Shown: piece after piece, positions 62,855 to 64,000 of the stretch | How the letters are laid out: each line of letters opens with the position of its first letter | Numbering within the stretch: the first letter of the stretch is position 1 | Source: Octopus bimaculoides | Taxonomy: Eukaryota | Reading direction: 5' to 3' | NCBI RefSeq assembly: GCF_001194135.2 | Contig: NC_068987.1 | Coordinates: 24,112,581-24,176,580, forward strand | Length of the DNA stretch: 64,000 nucleotides | Notes under the pieces: generated by a model | Database searches by the model: none | Told to the model about the DNA's origin: nothing | Seen by the model: the letters and a program-made list of their open reading frames with translations, nothing else | Translations under genes and position numbers: made by a program

Positions 62855-64000
62855 ATGGAGGTGAAACTTTATGTGAATCAGGTTTGTGATCAAACACAGC
62901 CTGAATCTAATGACATATCTCATCAAATATGTGTAGATCCACAGAAGAAATCATATCTCTTAAACATCAATAAGAAAACATTCACACAATCAAATGCCAT
63001 ATTGAAACAAAAGATGCTTCAGAAATGTTGGAAGAGGAAATATGTTTACAGTAAAACAATTGCTAAACTCTCTAAGAGTACTTTAACAAGTCAGAAAGTT
63101 TGTAAATGCTCAGTATGTGGTAAAATATTCTCTCAAAATTGTCACATGACTAAACACAAGTGTATACAGAGAAGCAAGAAAAAACACCATTGTGATATCT
63201 GTGGCAGAACCTTCTCTGAGAGCAGTACTTTGACTAATCATAAACGTATTCATACTGGTGAAAAGCCATACCACTGTGATATTTGCAGTAGAACATTCAC
63301 TCAGTATGGTCATTTGAGTAGACATAAATATACTCACTCAGGTGAGAAACCATATAACTGTGATATCTGTGGGAAATCATTCTCTCAGAGTGATAAATTA
63401 GCTATTCACAAACGTATTCACACAGGTGAAAAACCCTATCAGTGTGGTATTTGTGCTAAAACATTTTCTCGAAGTTCTGATTTGAATAGGCACAAGTACA
63501 TTCACACAAATGAGAAGCCATACAGCTGTGATGTCTGTGGGAAAACCTTCTCTGGGAGAAGTAATATGACTAACCACCAACGTACTCACACAGGTGAGAA
63601 ACCATACTACTGTGAAATCTGTGGAAAAACATTCTCTAGTAAATTATCTACACACAAACGAATCCATACAGGTGAAAAACCATACAACTGTGATATATGT
63701 GGAAAAAAATTCTCTCAGAATGGTCATTTAACTCAGCATTTACGTGTTCACACAGGTGAGAAACCATACCACTGTGATATTTGTGGTAAAACATTTTCTC
63801 AAAGTAGTCATTTAACACTTCATGTACGTGGTCACACAGGCGAGAAACCATATAGTTGTGATATTTGTGGTAAAACATTTTATGATAATCAGAGTTTAAC
63901 TCGTCATATACCTGTTCACACAGGTGAAAAACCATATCATTGTGATAGCTGTGATAAAAGTTTCTCTAAGAAAAAGATTTTGACTAATCACAAGCAAAAA
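62855..64000 (+). CDS. C2H2 ZNF gene 6, partial (runs off the window), MEVKL leader, about 11 finger repeats
   Basis: Translated by hand: open from ATG 62855 to the window end with no stop, which explains its absence from the ORF track. Finger 1 lacks its last His; finger 7 is 2 aa short. Confidence 0.9.
   Translation, partial: MEVKLYVNQVCDQTQPESNDISHQICVDPQKKSYLLNINKKTFTQSNAILKQKMLQKCWKRKYVYSKTIAKLSKSTLTSQKVCKCSVCGKIFSQNCHMTKHKCIQRSKKKHHCDICGRTFSESSTLTNHKRIHTGEKPYHCDICSRTFTQYGHLSRHKYTHSGEKPYNCDICGKSFSQSDKLAIHKRIHTGEKPYQCGICAKTFSRSSDLNRHKYIHTNEKPYSCDVCGKTFSGRSNMTNHQRTHTGEKPYYCEICGKTFSSKLSTHKRIHTGEKPYNCDICGKKFSQNGHLTQHLRVHTGEKPYHCDICGKTFSQSSHLTLHVRGHTGEKPYSCDICGKTFYDNQSLTRHIPVHTGEKPYHCDSCDKSFSKKKILTNHKQK

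Overview
AT-rich, microsatellite- and SINE-rich animal genomic DNA with four assembly gaps. The repeat families and tandem C2H2 genes point to an octopus genome; this is an inference from recognition, not a database match. The window holds six paralogous C2H2 zinc-finger (ZNF) gene units. Genes 1-4 are on the minus strand (CDS 4718-6013, 16426-17598, 24602-25660, 35330-36616). Genes 5-6 are on the plus strand (52709-53881, and 62855 to the window end, which the ORF track misses). Each unit appears to share one architecture: an upstream motif (TTTACGAAAGTACGGCTG), a short non-coding exon ending in a GTAAGT donor, an intron, a pyrimidine-rich CAG acceptor, a long 5' leader with a candidate uORF, and a single-exon finger array. 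Main observations: (i) the ~85-aa N-terminal leader is three fossil C2H2 repeats in exact 28-aa register; (ii) genes 1 and 3 lost the ancestral ATG, their 5' fingers decayed, yet a long ORF stays open from a Met inside an ancestral finger helix; (iii) a C-terminal finger triad is nearly invariant while central fingers turn over by block duplication; (iv) genes 1-4 look like an A-B-A'-B' duplication with ~19-20 kb period. Intergenic DNA contains RTE, Penelope-like (with a decayed hammerhead), CRE-like and Chapaev-like fragments, several tRNA-derived SINE families and several fold-back elements. Splice sites and transposon family names are inferred by eye and need RNA-seq and Repbase/Dfam checks.
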